A stretch of DNA of 63,853 nucleotides, filler included, from Licmophora abbreviata (taxonomy: Eukaryota): assembly GCA_900291995.1 (NCBI GenBank). It is 34 parts of 34 records of this genome, joined end to end, with 100 filler letters (N's around TTAATTAATTAA, not from the genome) between each part and the next. Parts side by side here need not be neighbours in the genome. Positions count along the whole stretch, not along the records: positions 10,695 to 12,698 come from OLMU01005754.1; positions 12,799 to 14,639 come from OLMU01005757.1; positions 14,740 to 15,815 come from OLMU01005758.1; positions 15,916 to 17,660 come from OLMU01005759.1; positions 17,761 to 19,115 come from OLMU01005760.1; positions 19,216 to 20,484 come from OLMU01005761.1; positions 20,585 to 22,119 come from OLMU01005762.1; positions 22,220 to 24,914 come from OLMU01005763.1; 26 more parts are not named here. One strand, written 5' to 3'. Positions 10,908 to 23,061 of this stretch are shown here, piece by piece (position 1 is the first letter of the stretch; each line of letters starts with the position of its first letter). The notes below the pieces were generated by a model. That model had not been told where the DNA came from, made no database searches, and saw only the letters and a list, made by a program, of their open reading frames with translations. The translations under genes and the position numbers were made by a program.

Positions 10908-11915
10908 ATGATGACATCTAGTAGCAGCAGGTCCCACCTCGCTCTTCTTCTACTGATGCTATCGCTTGCCTCCGCCACTTTTTGGCCGAAGCCTGGAACG
11001 CCAGCCGAACCGAACGACTCTAGCAAATCCCCGTGTATGAGGGATGAGAATTACATCGCAGCAGAGTCCTGCAGTGTTGTGACACTTCCAAGGGGCTTCT
11101 GTGGTGCCTGTGGACACATTCCAACCATGCAGAGCGACGGGACATACGCGAGCTGCACTCGCGTCTCTGGTTTTCGTCAAGACGAGGGACAATGTGAAGC
11201 CAAGGTGGACGAGTACATTGCCTTGAATCCGTGCGACGTCCCCCGTAAAGACGGACTGGCTTTGTACAGATCTGATGACGAAAAGGACCGAAGTGATGGC
11301 GTCCAACAGATGGAATACTTTATTTACTCCATGTGTGAGCAAGCCTGTGATTGCGTACCTCAAGAGAATGTTGACCCCTTCGTCAAAGCCGTGGACGTTC
11401 GGCGTGGTAATTGCCAAGCGCACGCCTTCTTCGATAGTGTTTGGCTTTTCCCGAACGTGAAGCTCGTTCGGGGAGAGGGGGACGCACCCGATCCCAACGC
11501 AGAAAGTCTACCAGTCATATCTCCGTTCCTCGACACTTGGTTCTCGTTGTACGGCGAGAAATTTCAACGCCAAGTAACAACTCCCATCGAACCCGAAGTG
11601 ACATACTTTCTTGAACGGTTTGTGCAAGCTACAGAAATCGTGTCGCCCGACAATACGCTTTGGGAGGAGTGTCTTTACTTGGAATCCGTCACACAAGGTA
11701 GAGTGAGTACCATTGAACCGATTAGTTTGGCGTACCCGGACGTGTTGTGCCGTCCTGAGGCGACAAGTGGATGCCCAGAGCCTTACAAGCAGGTACTTAT
11801 GAGGCGACGATCAATCGTTGGATTTCGTTGTATGGAACGTTGTGTGGATGCCCAGTTTGTAGACTTCAGGCGAGACATCTTGGGGTTTGAATGTGGTTCT
11901 TGTCATTCTCAGTAG
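10908..11915 (+). CDS. Secreted cysteine-rich protein of unknown function
   Basis: Signal peptide HLALLLLMLSLASA; many Cys (FCGACG, MCEQACDCVP, RRGNCQAHAFFD, terminal ECGSC); single exon. Confidence 0.75.
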   Translation: MMTSSSSRSHLALLLLMLSLASATFWPKPGTPAEPNDSSKSPCMRDENYIAAESCSVVTLPRGFCGACGHIPTMQSDGTYASCTRVSGFRQDEGQCEAKVDEYIALNPCDVPRKDGLALYRSDDEKDRSDGVQQMEYFIYSMCEQACDCVPQENVDPFVKAVDVRRGNCQAHAFFDSVWLFPNVKLVRGEGDAPDPNAESLPVISPFLDTWFSLYGEKFQRQVTTPIEPEVTYFLERFVQATEIVSPDNTLWEECLYLESVTQGRVSTIEPISLAYPDVLCRPEATSGCPEPYKQVLMRRRSIVGFRCMERCVDAQFVDFRRDILGFECGSCHSQ

Positions 11916-12454
11916 TTAGATAAGACGAGCAACGTTGTTTGTTCACTCCTTGGCTTCAGTCCTACAATATGCATCAAGGACTAAAACAGGTCGAAGTTAG
12001 TATTCCATTTTCACTTGTAGGTCTAAGGTACTCGTACAGTCCCTAGGGTACCGAAACTATTTTTGTCTGAAACGAAAAAGGCGAGCACATGCTGTACCGG
12101 TACCACGTGGCTGCACCGTTGACAAGAGGTTAAAATAGGTAGCATCATCATTGCGCCCCAGTGAAGGAGCAGCCGATCCAATCATCGTAGACCGGATGGA
12201 CGAGAATAAGTATCGGTGGGAGTCGAGCGTATGCATCTTCATAGTTTTCCACGTACATGATACATTCTCATCATGCGAACAGATCGTGCTCACAAGAAGT
12301 TTATCGAGCGAATAGCATGGACGGATTCTTTGTTGAATGTAGTTCGGATGTCTCTGTCTTATGTAAGTGCCCCCTCATGCCCCAGTCTACAGATTCACAA
12401 CAAAAACAAACGCACCACCTCTCATCAGGCCAGCCTCACCACACAAGCGTTGGG

Positions 12455-12698
12455 CTAAACCGTCGGAACGTTTGGAGTTGAAACAAATTCATCGAGCACT
12501 TGTCGTATGCCGTTCACATCCTGATTTGTGACCTCGTCGAAAGTCAAGTCCATCCAGCGGAAATCGCTGTCGGAATCATGTACAAATCTTTGCACAAACG
12601 AATACCAAGTCCTATGATTTTTCCGAAATTCAGGCTTAATTTCTGGAACTTTCGCATTTGCCAAGCCTTCCTTGTGGACCTTGTCGCCTCTTGTATTC
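12455..12698 (-). CDS. C-terminal fragment of an unidentified gene
   Basis: Open frame from the contig edge: ...PEIKPEFRKNHRTWYSFVQRFVHDSDSDFRWMDLTFDE...*. No family recognised. Confidence 0.35.
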
Positions 12699-12798
12699 NN
12701 NNNNNNNNNNNNNNNNNNNNNNNNNNNNNNNNNNNNNNNNNNTTAATTAATTAANNNNNNNNNNNNNNNNNNNNNNNNNNNNNNNNNNNNNNNNNNNN

Positions 12799-13466
12799 GG
12801 CCTACAAGCGTAATCCAATGCGATCGGAGCGTGTATGTTCTTTGGCACGATATGTCATGGGATTGCCGAACGCGGCCGCCAACACTCATGCATCGCAGTG
12901 GTTTGAACGGACCCTGGATGACTCGGCTATTCGACGAATTGTCCTACCAGAGGGCTTTTTGGCTGTTGATGTAGTGTTGAACTTGGTGGCCAACATTGCC
13001 GACGGGCTACACGTATGGCCTGCCGTCGTCCATGCACATGCCATGGCCGAACTACCATTCATGGCAACCGAAGTGATTCTCATGGAATGTGAGTAGGAAA
13101 GCTTCGCTTGGTATACATCGTCTTTAAGATGTATTTGCTCTAACAGGTCTCGTTTATTCTTCGAATCTAGGCGTCAAGGCGGGCGGGGATCGTCAGGAGC
13201 TGCACGAGGCCATTCGGGTTCACTCCATGGACGCCGGTGCCGTCGTCAAGGGTGAAGGCAAGGCAAACGACCTCATGGAGCGCATCGCTAAGGATCCTTT
13301 GTTTGCGGCTGTTCACGCCAAGCTAGAAAGTATGATTGATCCGATCTTGTTTGTCGGACGAGCGCCTCAGCAAGTGGATGAATTTGTATCGGAAGAGATT
13401 GATCCGATTCTCGAAGCCAACAAGGCGCTGTTGGCTATTGATAGTGTCGACGGAGTGAATGTCTAG
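12799..13466 (+). CDS. purB: Adenylosuccinate lyase, C-terminal part (intron 13089-13170)
   Basis: [39 protein letters not shown], spliced [27 protein letters not shown]. Confidence 0.93.
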
Positions 13467-13661
13467 CCGAGAAATACCTTGATTACGTCATTGTACAGTT
13501 TTAGTTCGTTATGATTATTCAGTAGAGCTTGCCGCTCTCTCGCGCGTGCATTGTATTTGTATAGTGTCAAAAAGTTTCTCCCGCCATGTCGGTGCAATAA
13601 GTTAAAATGGATTTTTCGTGTTGTGTCGTCAGCTGTTAGCAAAAGTAGCATCGCGCCTGTC

Positions 13662-14231
13662 TCATGTCGTCTCCTCGGTCATGTACGTTTTGACCCGACG
13701 GACTATTTCTTCGGCAGACTCCACGCCTTCGATCTTCTCGAGCATCTTTCCTCCCTTGAACACTATGATACATGGCAGGCCTTCAATTGAGTATCGCGCC
13801 CCCAGCTTTGGAAACTTGTCCGCGTCTACTGCAAACATTTTGACATTATCACCCAGATCATCGCTCACGACTGCTAGTTCCTTCTTGGCCAGTCTACACG
13901 GACCGCAAAACTTGGCATGAAAGCTGACCAGGACAGGCGTGTCGTTGTAGGCCGCAAGCATTTCTTCAAAGTTCCGAAACTTGGCGCGGGAACCGGCGTA
14001 CCGTGCGGTCGAGGAGGACGGTCGTCGAGGTAAGCGAGCTGTCTTCCGTTCCAACAATGCACCTCCTCGAAGTGATGACGCCTCTTCTACAATCAGCCTC
14101 TGTAGTAGCCTTCTTTCATTGCCGACAACATTTGATCTTCCAACGTCAAGCAGTGGCGGAAAGCAGTCTGCGGAAAAGTTCGATCGACAAGAAAAGAGCA
14201 ATAAAAGACTGAACGCCAGCCGCTCCAGCAT
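13662..14231 (-). CDS. Thioredoxin (y-like), plastid-type leader, FCGPC active site
   Basis: MLERLAFSLLLLF...SADC-F leader; PVLVSFHAKFCGPC; VDADKFPKLGARYSIEGLPCIIVFKGG. Confidence 0.85.
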   Translation of the reverse strand: MLERLAFSLLLLFSCRSNFSADCFPPLLDVGRSNVVGNERRLLQRLIVEEASSLRGGALLERKTARLPRRPSSSTARYAGSRAKFRNFEEMLAAYNDTPVLVSFHAKFCGPCRLAKKELAVVSDDLGDNVKMFAVDADKFPKLGARYSIEGLPCIIVFKGGKMLEKIEGVESAEEIVRRVKTYMTEETT

Positions 14232-14542
14232 GGTCACAACTGAAAAGGGGGGGCACTCTGGGCGGTCCCGTAGCCTCAGGTCACGTCGATAACGACAGTC
14301 AGAGTCGTCCTGATCACCGGCTGTCAATACGCACAGGGTATGATGTGGAAATGGCGCCATGTTTTGTTCCGACGTGTGGGTTGAAGTCTCGACTCATCGA
14401 CGCCTCGGGCCACGTCGTGCATTCAGTACTAATCTCTACGTAGCACACAAATGAGAAGTGTCATCCCGCTCACATCAATCACCCTATTTCATAAGTAGGT
14501 CTGTCCTTCTAACCAATACCCCAGCCCTAATGCCCAGATTGA

Positions 14543-15522
14543 CTAGACCGCAAGCAACCTGAGATAGTCCTCGTCGACTGACCCGGTCTTACCATATCGC
14601 AAACAAACGTCCATGAGCTCTTTCGCACTCTCTTCACCTNNNNNNNNNNNNNNNNNNNNNNNNNNNNNNNNNNNNNNNNNNNNTTAATTAATTAANNNNN
14701 NNNNNNNNNNNNNNNNNNNNNNNNNNNNNNNNNNNNNNNCTCTTCACCTTTGTTCTCCAGATACGTATTCCGCACAATGGCTTTTGGAGGACACGCCACG
14801 TGCAGCAACTTGTCGTAGTAGTGCGAAATCATGTCGGCACTGCTGCCTCCCCTCTCTTGATAGGCTTCAAATCGTTCTGGAGTGGCATACCTCCACACGT
14901 CTTCTACAGACGTAGGACGCGGTGACTCGTCACTGCAGAGCACACCCCCGTGCTCGACGCAGTACTGATAACAGCGAATGACACCAATGCGTCCCACGGC
15001 TTCCAGTCGATCGCTCCACCGCGGAATCAACCAGTGGTACTCGTGAGATTTCTGAATTTCGTCGGGGACCTTATTTCCATTCTTGGAACAACTCACCCAG
15101 TCAATCATACGGATGATTCGATCCACTCGACGCGCGTCCGACACAAATACTTCTCCGAGCTTCCCTAGGAGGCGACGCGCATTGGGATAGGGCGACTCGT
15201 GGACCGGATCATGTGTAAAGTACTTGCTGTCGTCGGTATCATGAAGCAGCGCAGCTAGTAAAATATCGTCTCTCTCTTCTTGACGAAGCATCACGGGGCC
15301 GTCGAGTTCATAGGAGCATTCAAGAGCCGCTTCGGCGTGCCGAAACACGGCGAGCACGTGCGAGATGCCATGCGACTCTTTAATGTGCGGGTTATTCTTG
15401 TAAAAATCTCTGACTTGTAACAGAGCTTTCTCGATCAGCTCACTGGGAGCAGAGAGTCGTCCAGGGGCGATGAAATCTTCACGGGGCGTCATGGTGATCT
15501 GGGCGGAGGGATTGCACATCAT
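14543..15522 (-). CDS. HD-domain metal-dependent phosphohydrolase, complete across an overlapping linker
   Basis: SHGISHVLAV...AALLHDTDDSKYF...PRWSDRLEAVG...HYYDKLL. C-terminus (ESAKELMDVCLRYGKTG...LLAV*) lies on the preceding contig, which shares 10 nt of end overlap. Confidence 0.85.
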
Positions 15523-15915
15523 ACTGCTCCGGTCGTCGGTCGTCGTTGCGCTGTCAATGTGTGTTTTGAAAAAATACTCCTCCGGGTTTCTTATAGCGAG
15601 CTATGAGGTCCAAGAAACATCACCCAACTTTTTGCGCGAAGAGATTATGCGCGTTTCTATAGTGCGATGACAAGTGACTAATCTCACTATTACGGAGTAC
15701 TCCGGAGTAGTAAACAGACTTTGAGACGGGTGTCCTCTAGCCTTCTATGCAAAGCTACAAAAGCTTAGCACGGGTATATTTTTGCAAATCATCCAGCCAA
15801 TTTACTTCGTTGTCGNNNNNNNNNNNNNNNNNNNNNNNNNNNNNNNNNNNNNNNNNNNNTTAATTAATTAANNNNNNNNNNNNNNNNNNNNNNNNNNNNN
15901 NNNNNNNNNNNNNNN

Positions 15916-16644
15916 ATCATCCTCCGCAAGGTGCTTCGTCCACATGATTTGAGCCAGTTTGCTTTGCGCATAGGCTCCAAAGTCGTCCGAGAGGCGCGTG
16001 CGTCCTGCGAGGGCATCCAAGCGAACGGGCGACTGTGCGGCGGAGGAGATGTTGACGATGCGTCCATGATTTCCCAAGAGGGATTGGAGACGTTTGGTCA
16101 AGAGGTAGGGTGCGAGCGTGTTGACGGCAAAGCGAGTGTCCAAACCGTCCACCGAGGTGGTGGTGGAGGTGTGAAAGACTCCAGCGTTGTTGATCAAGAC
16201 GTCCAAGCTATCGTGCTTTTCTAGAATCTTGCTCGCGAGCGTCTCGACTTGAGCCATGGCAGACAAGTCTGCAGTGTAGCTTTCAATTGGAGTCGTAGTA
16301 GTACCATCCGCGGACGAGGACGAGGACGAGGACGATGACAGTAGCGACACGGCAGTCTTCAATTTTGAGGGATTCCGGCCGTGCAAGAGAACTCGATGGC
16401 CCTTGGAAACAAGCATTTTGGCCGTCTCCAGACCAATGCCATCGGTGGATCCTGTAATGAGAATGGTCTTGGGCATACTGCTGTCTTTGTCGTCGGAGCA
16501 AGTCTTTGGGTCAGTCGTCGCCGATGAACTGAAAGCGAGCGGCGGTGTCGAGGATGGAGCAGCGTATGATAGGCCGCTGTGGTCGTGATGAAAGTTCAAC
16601 AAGAAGAGAATAAGTGCTGCCCAAAAGTAAGTGTAGACCACCAT
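15916..16644 (-). CDS. Short-chain dehydrogenase/reductase, 3' truncated
   Basis: [39 protein letters not shown] (YxxxK). Confidence 0.92.
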
Positions 16645-17088
16645 ATGAAATCACAGGAAACACAGAGTGACAACAAAGAGCAGAACCGCTTCGACTTTTT
16701 TGGGAGGCGTGGGACGACGAAAGACATCTTTTGTGGCTCACATCGTGCAGATACTTCGTCGCTGTTCGTCGATCTTCATGGTCGCTTCGAAAATGCACAT
16801 AAGCGCTCTTGGCTCTATTTCACACGTAGTCGTTGAATGAAAATAGCATTTAGTGTGACGCTAAAGTTTACCAATGCCGCGCGTCTCCTTTGGATGTCAT
16901 GCGCGGTTTGATGTGGAATCTTGAATCTTTTTCATGATGGACACGCACAACGCAACCACTCATACGACACCGTTGTTGCTCTGTACTCCGAGTAGTCTAC
17001 ATCCAGTCTCACGCGACTTTCGAGAAACACTGATCTCCTCCAGACTCTTTCTTGTGTGCACGGAACAAATGAAACTGAAAGGGAAGGC

Positions 17089-18883
17089 ATGGATTATCCT
17101 ATGAAACTACGTCAAACATTGACGACACGGGACGACAACGAGAATCGTGACACTAGTAGTGACGGTGGTGTATTACGGCACTGCAACGATGCGGTCGAGG
17201 GATTGCTCACTTCTGCACTCACAGAGCACAAAGACTTAGAACTCTTAGATCAAGAACAACAACAAGAAGAAGATATGGAAACAGTCTTGAACGAGATCTC
17301 GTCTCTTCTGATGGACAGGATTGTATCTTGCATACGTGTCGAACCGTCGTCGTCGTCAACTGACACCAGCAAAGATGATGACACCGCCGACCTTAATCTT
17401 GTCGGGGAGACAATCAATGTACTTCGGCGGCAGTCGTCCAGTGAGCTGCTTCTACTATGCAACGACACCAAACTGTTGCTACTCGCTCAGCTTCTCCGTG
17501 CTACCAAAAATCTGATGCGATGGTACATGCAGATCTATTTGACACGACGGCCCTCCCCATCCGCGACATCATCACTACTTCATGCACACCCACTACAACT
17601 ACTCCAGAGACATGACGTGTTGAACTTGTACTGGACACTGCTACAAGTAGTATCTACTTCNNNNNNNNNNNNNNNNNNNNNNNNNNNNNNNNNNNNNNNN
17701 NNNNTTAATTAATTAANNNNNNNNNNNNNNNNNNNNNNNNNNNNNNNNNNNNNNNNNNNNCTACGCCACTTACGATCCAATGATGCCATCCGGGGCTAGT
17801 GAAAGCCGCAATCAACAAGCGCAACAATATCTAGTGGAGTCTCTGGGTTTTCTGGAAGGAAGCATGCGTCTGCTGCTACAGCTGCGATTCGAGCCCACCA
17901 GTGCAGACGACGACAGTGTCGTGGTACCTGTGGTGGTTCTGGTACTCTCATTGCTCCGTCTCGTGCACAATATACTCGCGTCTTTGCAAGGTGCTGTGGA
18001 GAAAGTCGAGGAGATCCGAGTCACAGTGAGGCCCGGCGAAGCCACCTGGGTGGGCCAAATAACGGACAATGAAACGCAAAAAATCAGCATGCAACAGATC
18101 GTAACCGGCATATTGCTGTGGTCGTTGGACTTGTCGCCGCAATTTCCTGGACTGCCCGAAGATCGGAGGACCGACTTAGTGATGGAGATTCTTCGTGTCT
18201 TGTACATTTTAAAGTCGGGCAAAGATCTCAATGAAGCGGAGGAGGGGGCGCGACGACGAGACTCCAATAGCCTATCGAGAGCGATTCTGTACCTTTTGAG
18301 GGCATCAGCCTCCAAGACGGATCCTCGTGTGTACGAATGCAAACTGGCTGCTATCTCACTTCTCATGGACTCGTCAGGATCTTCCTTTGTGGAATATCTT
18401 GTACAAGAGTCCGTCGCGTCTTCGCTAGTTGAAGTCATGCAGAAACAGGTAGATATGGTCGTCGACAACTCTCTGCATGGCACTGCCGCAACGGCAACAC
18501 TGGTGCCGATACTATCCGTGGTGAATCGTTTTTGCAAGGCCAACACTGACTTTCTACGGCTGGCCAAGACAAGCGTGTTTCCACCCGATTCCGAACAAGC
18601 CTATCGCGCCCTGGCATCGCAAGAAATCAGTCGAACGAAGGGGGCTGGATTCGGAGCAAAGAACATGAAGCCACTGGACGCGCCGAGGGAGACGTTACGG
18701 GGAAAGTTGATGCGCCTCATGACATGGCCCGAGTCTCATACCAAGCGTGCAACGACGGAGTTGGTATGGACGCTATGCGATGGCCAACCCCGGGATTTTG
18801 TCTTGCGCTGTGGATTGGGCAATGCGTTGCCTGTCCTTAGTGCCAAGGGATTGGTAGAGCTGCCATCAAGCGTAATTACATAG
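17089..18883 (+). CDS. RIC8: Ric8/synembryn G-alpha GEF/chaperone, split by a linker
   Basis: Helical Leu-rich ORF on both sides of the gap. C-terminal ETLRGKLMRLMT...ELVWTLCDGQPRDFVLRCGLGNALPVLSAKGL matches the Ric8 C-terminal signature. Confidence 0.75.
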
Positions 18884-19215
18884 GATGAATTCTCTTCTCT
18901 GCAAGTCCATGACAAGGAAGCTAGCTGCATCGTTAATGATGGTGTGTGACGCTGTGGTGCGACCGAAGTTTGTGTTCACGGTCGAAACGTAAAAAGAGAC
19001 GCCTTCTGCTTTTTCATAGGGTGAAATGACCAGAGAGACATTCAACACGACGGCGCAGCTTCTTTGTCAGCATCACCTTAGCAACAGCGAAGGCTGTGTG
19101 CAAGCAATAATCTATNNNNNNNNNNNNNNNNNNNNNNNNNNNNNNNNNNNNNNNNNNNNTTAATTAATTAANNNNNNNNNNNNNNNNNNNNNNNNNNNNN
19201 NNNNNNNNNNNNNNN

Positions 19216-19974
19216 GATTACCTCGGTTGTTTCAAGAGCAAACGGCGGATCAATATAAGAAGAGAACGCAGAAAGGTAATGGAAGATGAACAGATTCGTG
19301 TCGATGCAATCACCGGAAAGGATATATTGAAGTACGATGGTTTGGTCGAACGCATGTTTGAGATTTATGTGTCGACTGTCGACAAGATGTTCTGGGGGCG
19401 GCAGTACTTGACGCTCGAGTTTTTCCAACTCCTTGCTAAGAATGATTTTATTCATAATCTCTGTTTCATGTGCGCGCGAGATCGATCCACCGGAGATACA
19501 TTGCGGGCCGAAGATGTATTTGCCGGAACATTTAATATCGTCCAGGATGGTGTATTCTATGGACGCTATTGGGGATGTCTCAAGGAAGTCAAGAATCTTC
19601 ATTTTGAAACTTGTTATTGGAGTGCAATTGAATATTGTATAAAGAATGGGTTGAAGAGAATGGAACCGGGTGCGGGAGGAGGAGGTAAGATCTGTATCCA
19701 TGAGGCTCTATCAAATTGTGTGCCAGGTACACGAGGCCGTTTGAACCTGTGACTTATGTGTGCATGTCGTACTGGTGAATCGATCCTAGACTACAAATGG
19801 GCAAGAGGTTTCGATCCGGCGTTGATTCACTCGGCGCATTACGTTTGCAATCCGGGCCTCCGTAGAGCTGTGAGTCAATTTCTTGACTACGAGACGGAGA
19901 ACAATGTCGAACTCACCGAGCACCTACTATCCAAGAGCGCTGTTGGAAGCAACAAGAGTCGGAAAGAAGCATGA
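19216..19974 (+). CDS. FemAB-like GNAT protein (DUF482 type), C-terminal part (intron 19685-19789)
   Basis: KSKRRINIRRERRKV, WGRQYLTLEFF, YGRYWG, LHFETCYWSAIEYCI, MEPGAGGG/DYKWARGF.P..IHSAHY. Confidence 0.88.
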
Positions 19975-20015
19975 CTGGTCAAACTGTACAGTATCGATTC
20001 TTAACTTTCTTTACT

Positions 20016-22545
20016 CTAGTTGTAAACCACATCGAACGTGAGTATTTCGTCATTCACATAGTCATCGTGATAGACGTTGTGAGCACCCCAGACGAATTCC
20101 CCTCTTGCGGCCTCGCTATAGTGGGCACCTGGCCGCTTTCGCTGTTGCTTGCGTAGCAGCTCGCTTCTGGTAGGATTTCCAATCTCTCGAGCATCCTTTG
20201 TCACTCCTGGAAGGTCCGTGGAAGCCAAGAGCAAGTTTCTCTCAGGATCTGATATTCGGAAGGATCCCAAGTCGTATTTGTCGCCCTGTCTCAAGAAGCG
20301 ATGGAAGGTGAAGTGTAAGCTGATGTGGAGCCGGGCGATCTTGAAGTCGATATCAAGAGTATACGCACCACCATTATAAGGGCATCTCCGTGATCAGAGA
20401 GCCCTCCTTCACCATACTTGATCTGATCAGACGTAATCCATCCAATGTCAAATCTGGCAAGCGACGAGCGCTGCAAAACGTCATNNNNNNNNNNNNNNNN
20501 NNNNNNNNNNNNNNNNNNNNNNNNNNNNTTAATTAATTAANNNNNNNNNNNNNNNNNNNNNNNNNNNNNNNNNNNNNNNNNNNNCCTGTTCATCCGTGTA
20601 GAATCGATAGTCCCAGCCGGAATTCATCCACGACTCTTGTAGACGGACAAGCTGTGGATATCGGTCGGGACTCAGCTCTTCAAACCAAGTCTGATGAACG
20701 ATTCTCGGGATGCGGCGCTCCCCCTCCTGCAACTCCCGTCTGCTAATTGTCACTTCAACGGTCACCTCAGTCCTTTCGCGCTCGTCGGGAGCGTCACACA
20801 TGGTTCTAGCGAAGCCAGCGTTGCACACTGCCGAACACTTTTCGATTGAACCATAAAGAGGCGTCTTGAGGCAGCGGCAGCATAGCCAACCCGGAGCTGT
20901 TTTGGTTTCTGTCATGATCTTTTCGAGTGACGCTTTCTGGCTTTTCAGAGGAGCTTCTGTACCTTCTCTTTCCCGAACGTCGACCGTGGCAGGAACCAAT
21001 ATCGGCGCCTCTTTTGCTTTTTGTAAAGCGTCCAGATCGAACCCGCGGACATAAATCCTGCTGCGTTTTTGCTCCTCAACTGACTCTGACACTGTCGATA
21101 TCTCTGCAACGGATTTCGCCTCGACACTCTGACAACACTCGTGCGCACCGTGAGCGTGGCCATAGTAGCATTCCGAAGAGAGACGTTCCCAAGAGGACGT
21201 GACATCTTTACCAGCCATCTGCCTGGACGTTTGTGAGTTTTTCCAGGATGTTCCCATGTAGAATGCCGATAAAATCTGGGAAGCAATCGCATCGCCACCA
21301 GCCTTCTCCAGCGTGTTCAACACACAGCGAAGGTGAGGATTCCGAGGTGTTGCTCCCACCATGAATATATCTGTCGCTGTACCGTTGCTCCCATGAAACA
21401 AAGCGAAACCTTTTGGTGATCCACAGCCCGCTTGTGGCAAAAACAATTCTGAAGTCGTCTCCTCTAGCAGTTCACTCACGAGAGATGGCCGCTTGGTCGC
21501 CTCTATGCCCAGAAAGATCCCCCCATAAAAATGGAGCGCACATATTGCCCAGAGACGAGTTCGATCTTCCGCGCTATTCAATGAGTCAAAAGCTGGCAGT
21601 ACTGACAGATAGTAGTCCTCGATGAGGTGACGCATCTCGCTGCCATCAAAAGGGATTCTTGTAAGTATGGAGGGCTTCCCAGGCCGAGGTGTTGGCCAGG
21701 AAGGCCAGTCCGGAAGCAAAAGGTGCTTCGGAATTCCACCCATGGAGGTGGGAACTGTCGAATGAGCGAGAAAAGAGAGTCGGCGGTCACTGCGCGACCT
21801 AGGATCTCCACAGCCGAGCTTGAATTTCTCTGCCATGTCTTCCATTCCTATCAAATGGCGTGCTCGTGTCTCGCGACGAATAAGAAACTCTCGTAGCGCA
21901 GCGTTCGTGTTGATCTGTAGCAGCTCGGACGGACTTGTCCGATGAGGAACTGGCAGGACAACCCCGATGTCGGCAAGTTCTTTTGCGTTTCGCTGAGATG
22001 TCTGATCTATCACCTTTTGTATGAGTGTGCGATCCCATTTGACCCCGAGAGTTCCACCGTGTATGGGATGAGCCCCGAAGTAGTTTATATATCGTCGTTT
22101 GAAATGAATAACATGGTCCNNNNNNNNNNNNNNNNNNNNNNNNNNNNNNNNNNNNNNNNNNNNTTAATTAATTAANNNNNNNNNNNNNNNNNNNNNNNNN
22201 NNNNNNNNNNNNNNNNNNNATAGGCACTCGGTGGCGTAAAACAAACCTTCTCCCAATTTCGAACAAACGCGCAGAGTACGACTTGGGCTTCCCGTGATGA
22301 TGATGAAACCGATCGCGCACATGTTTCCTTTTCGGGTGACCATGTTCTGGTTCGTCATCGTCCGATACGCTGTGTACCGTCGGGACGCCATCCTCGACGG
22401 AATGTCGTACTTTCTCTGATGAGTGATGCCCAGGGCGAGATCGGAGGTTCGGACTATGGTTCCCGGAGGATGAAGGCGGCGGAACCCTTTCCTGCAAGGG
22501 AAGTTGCTCGCTCCCCATAGAGACTTCCTGCCTGTCGCCTTCCAT
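20016..22545 (-). CDS. Large GT32/OCH1-like glycosyltransferase, split over three contigs
   Basis: IPRIVHQTW...QESWMNSGWDYRFYTDE near 20585-20720; upstream degenerate copy IPKHLLLPDW...LWAICALHFYGGIFL; spliced C-terminus GDALIMV/GDKYDLGSFRISDPERNLLLASTD. N-terminal piece 22220-22545 joined by inference. Confidence 0.72.
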
Positions 22546-23061
22546 CCACAGAGGAATCCAGTTCCAGATTACCCTGGAGTAAGGTTAATAAGACGCTTAA
22601 CCTGCTGTTGGAGTGGCCGCAGTGTGCAAACGAGTTGAAAATTTTTGTATGTGGTATGGTGCAGTCACACTTATTGCTTCGATGCACGAGATTGCAACAT
22701 GGTCTAACAGAGGGTGAAGTTCGGTCTTCTCACCGTTCTACTCCTTATGGATGGAAACTTTTACTCTGCCGCTTTGTATGACTTCACTTTTTCGGCTATA
22801 TGGCGGGCGGGCGCGCAACGGACGCTGTAAAACATGCTACCAACGCTCTTGTGATACTCCACAAATTCGTGAACGAGCTTCGAGCTCTACAAAGCTTCCC
22901 GATGAAGGAGATGAGCGGAACACGATTCATTCGACTCAATATTTGGAGTTTGAAACGCTAGACACATTGAATTAAGATCTGGCGACTGCTGATGTGTTGA
23001 CGATGAAGACGGCAACTCGAGAACAACAGATCGACGTCCTGATGGACATTATCCTGTCATC

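Noticed and set aside
12000..12450. Possible ncRNA or extra exons downstream of the 12455 fragment
   Set aside because: No recognisable RNA motif, and trial splicing gave stops in all frames.
14543..16644. HD-domain protein and SDR as a viral or bacterial insert
   Set aside because: The HD gene is physically joined to the contig with intron-bearing purB and the SDR shares a contig with the Ric8 5' part; no integrase, capsid or compositional break seen.
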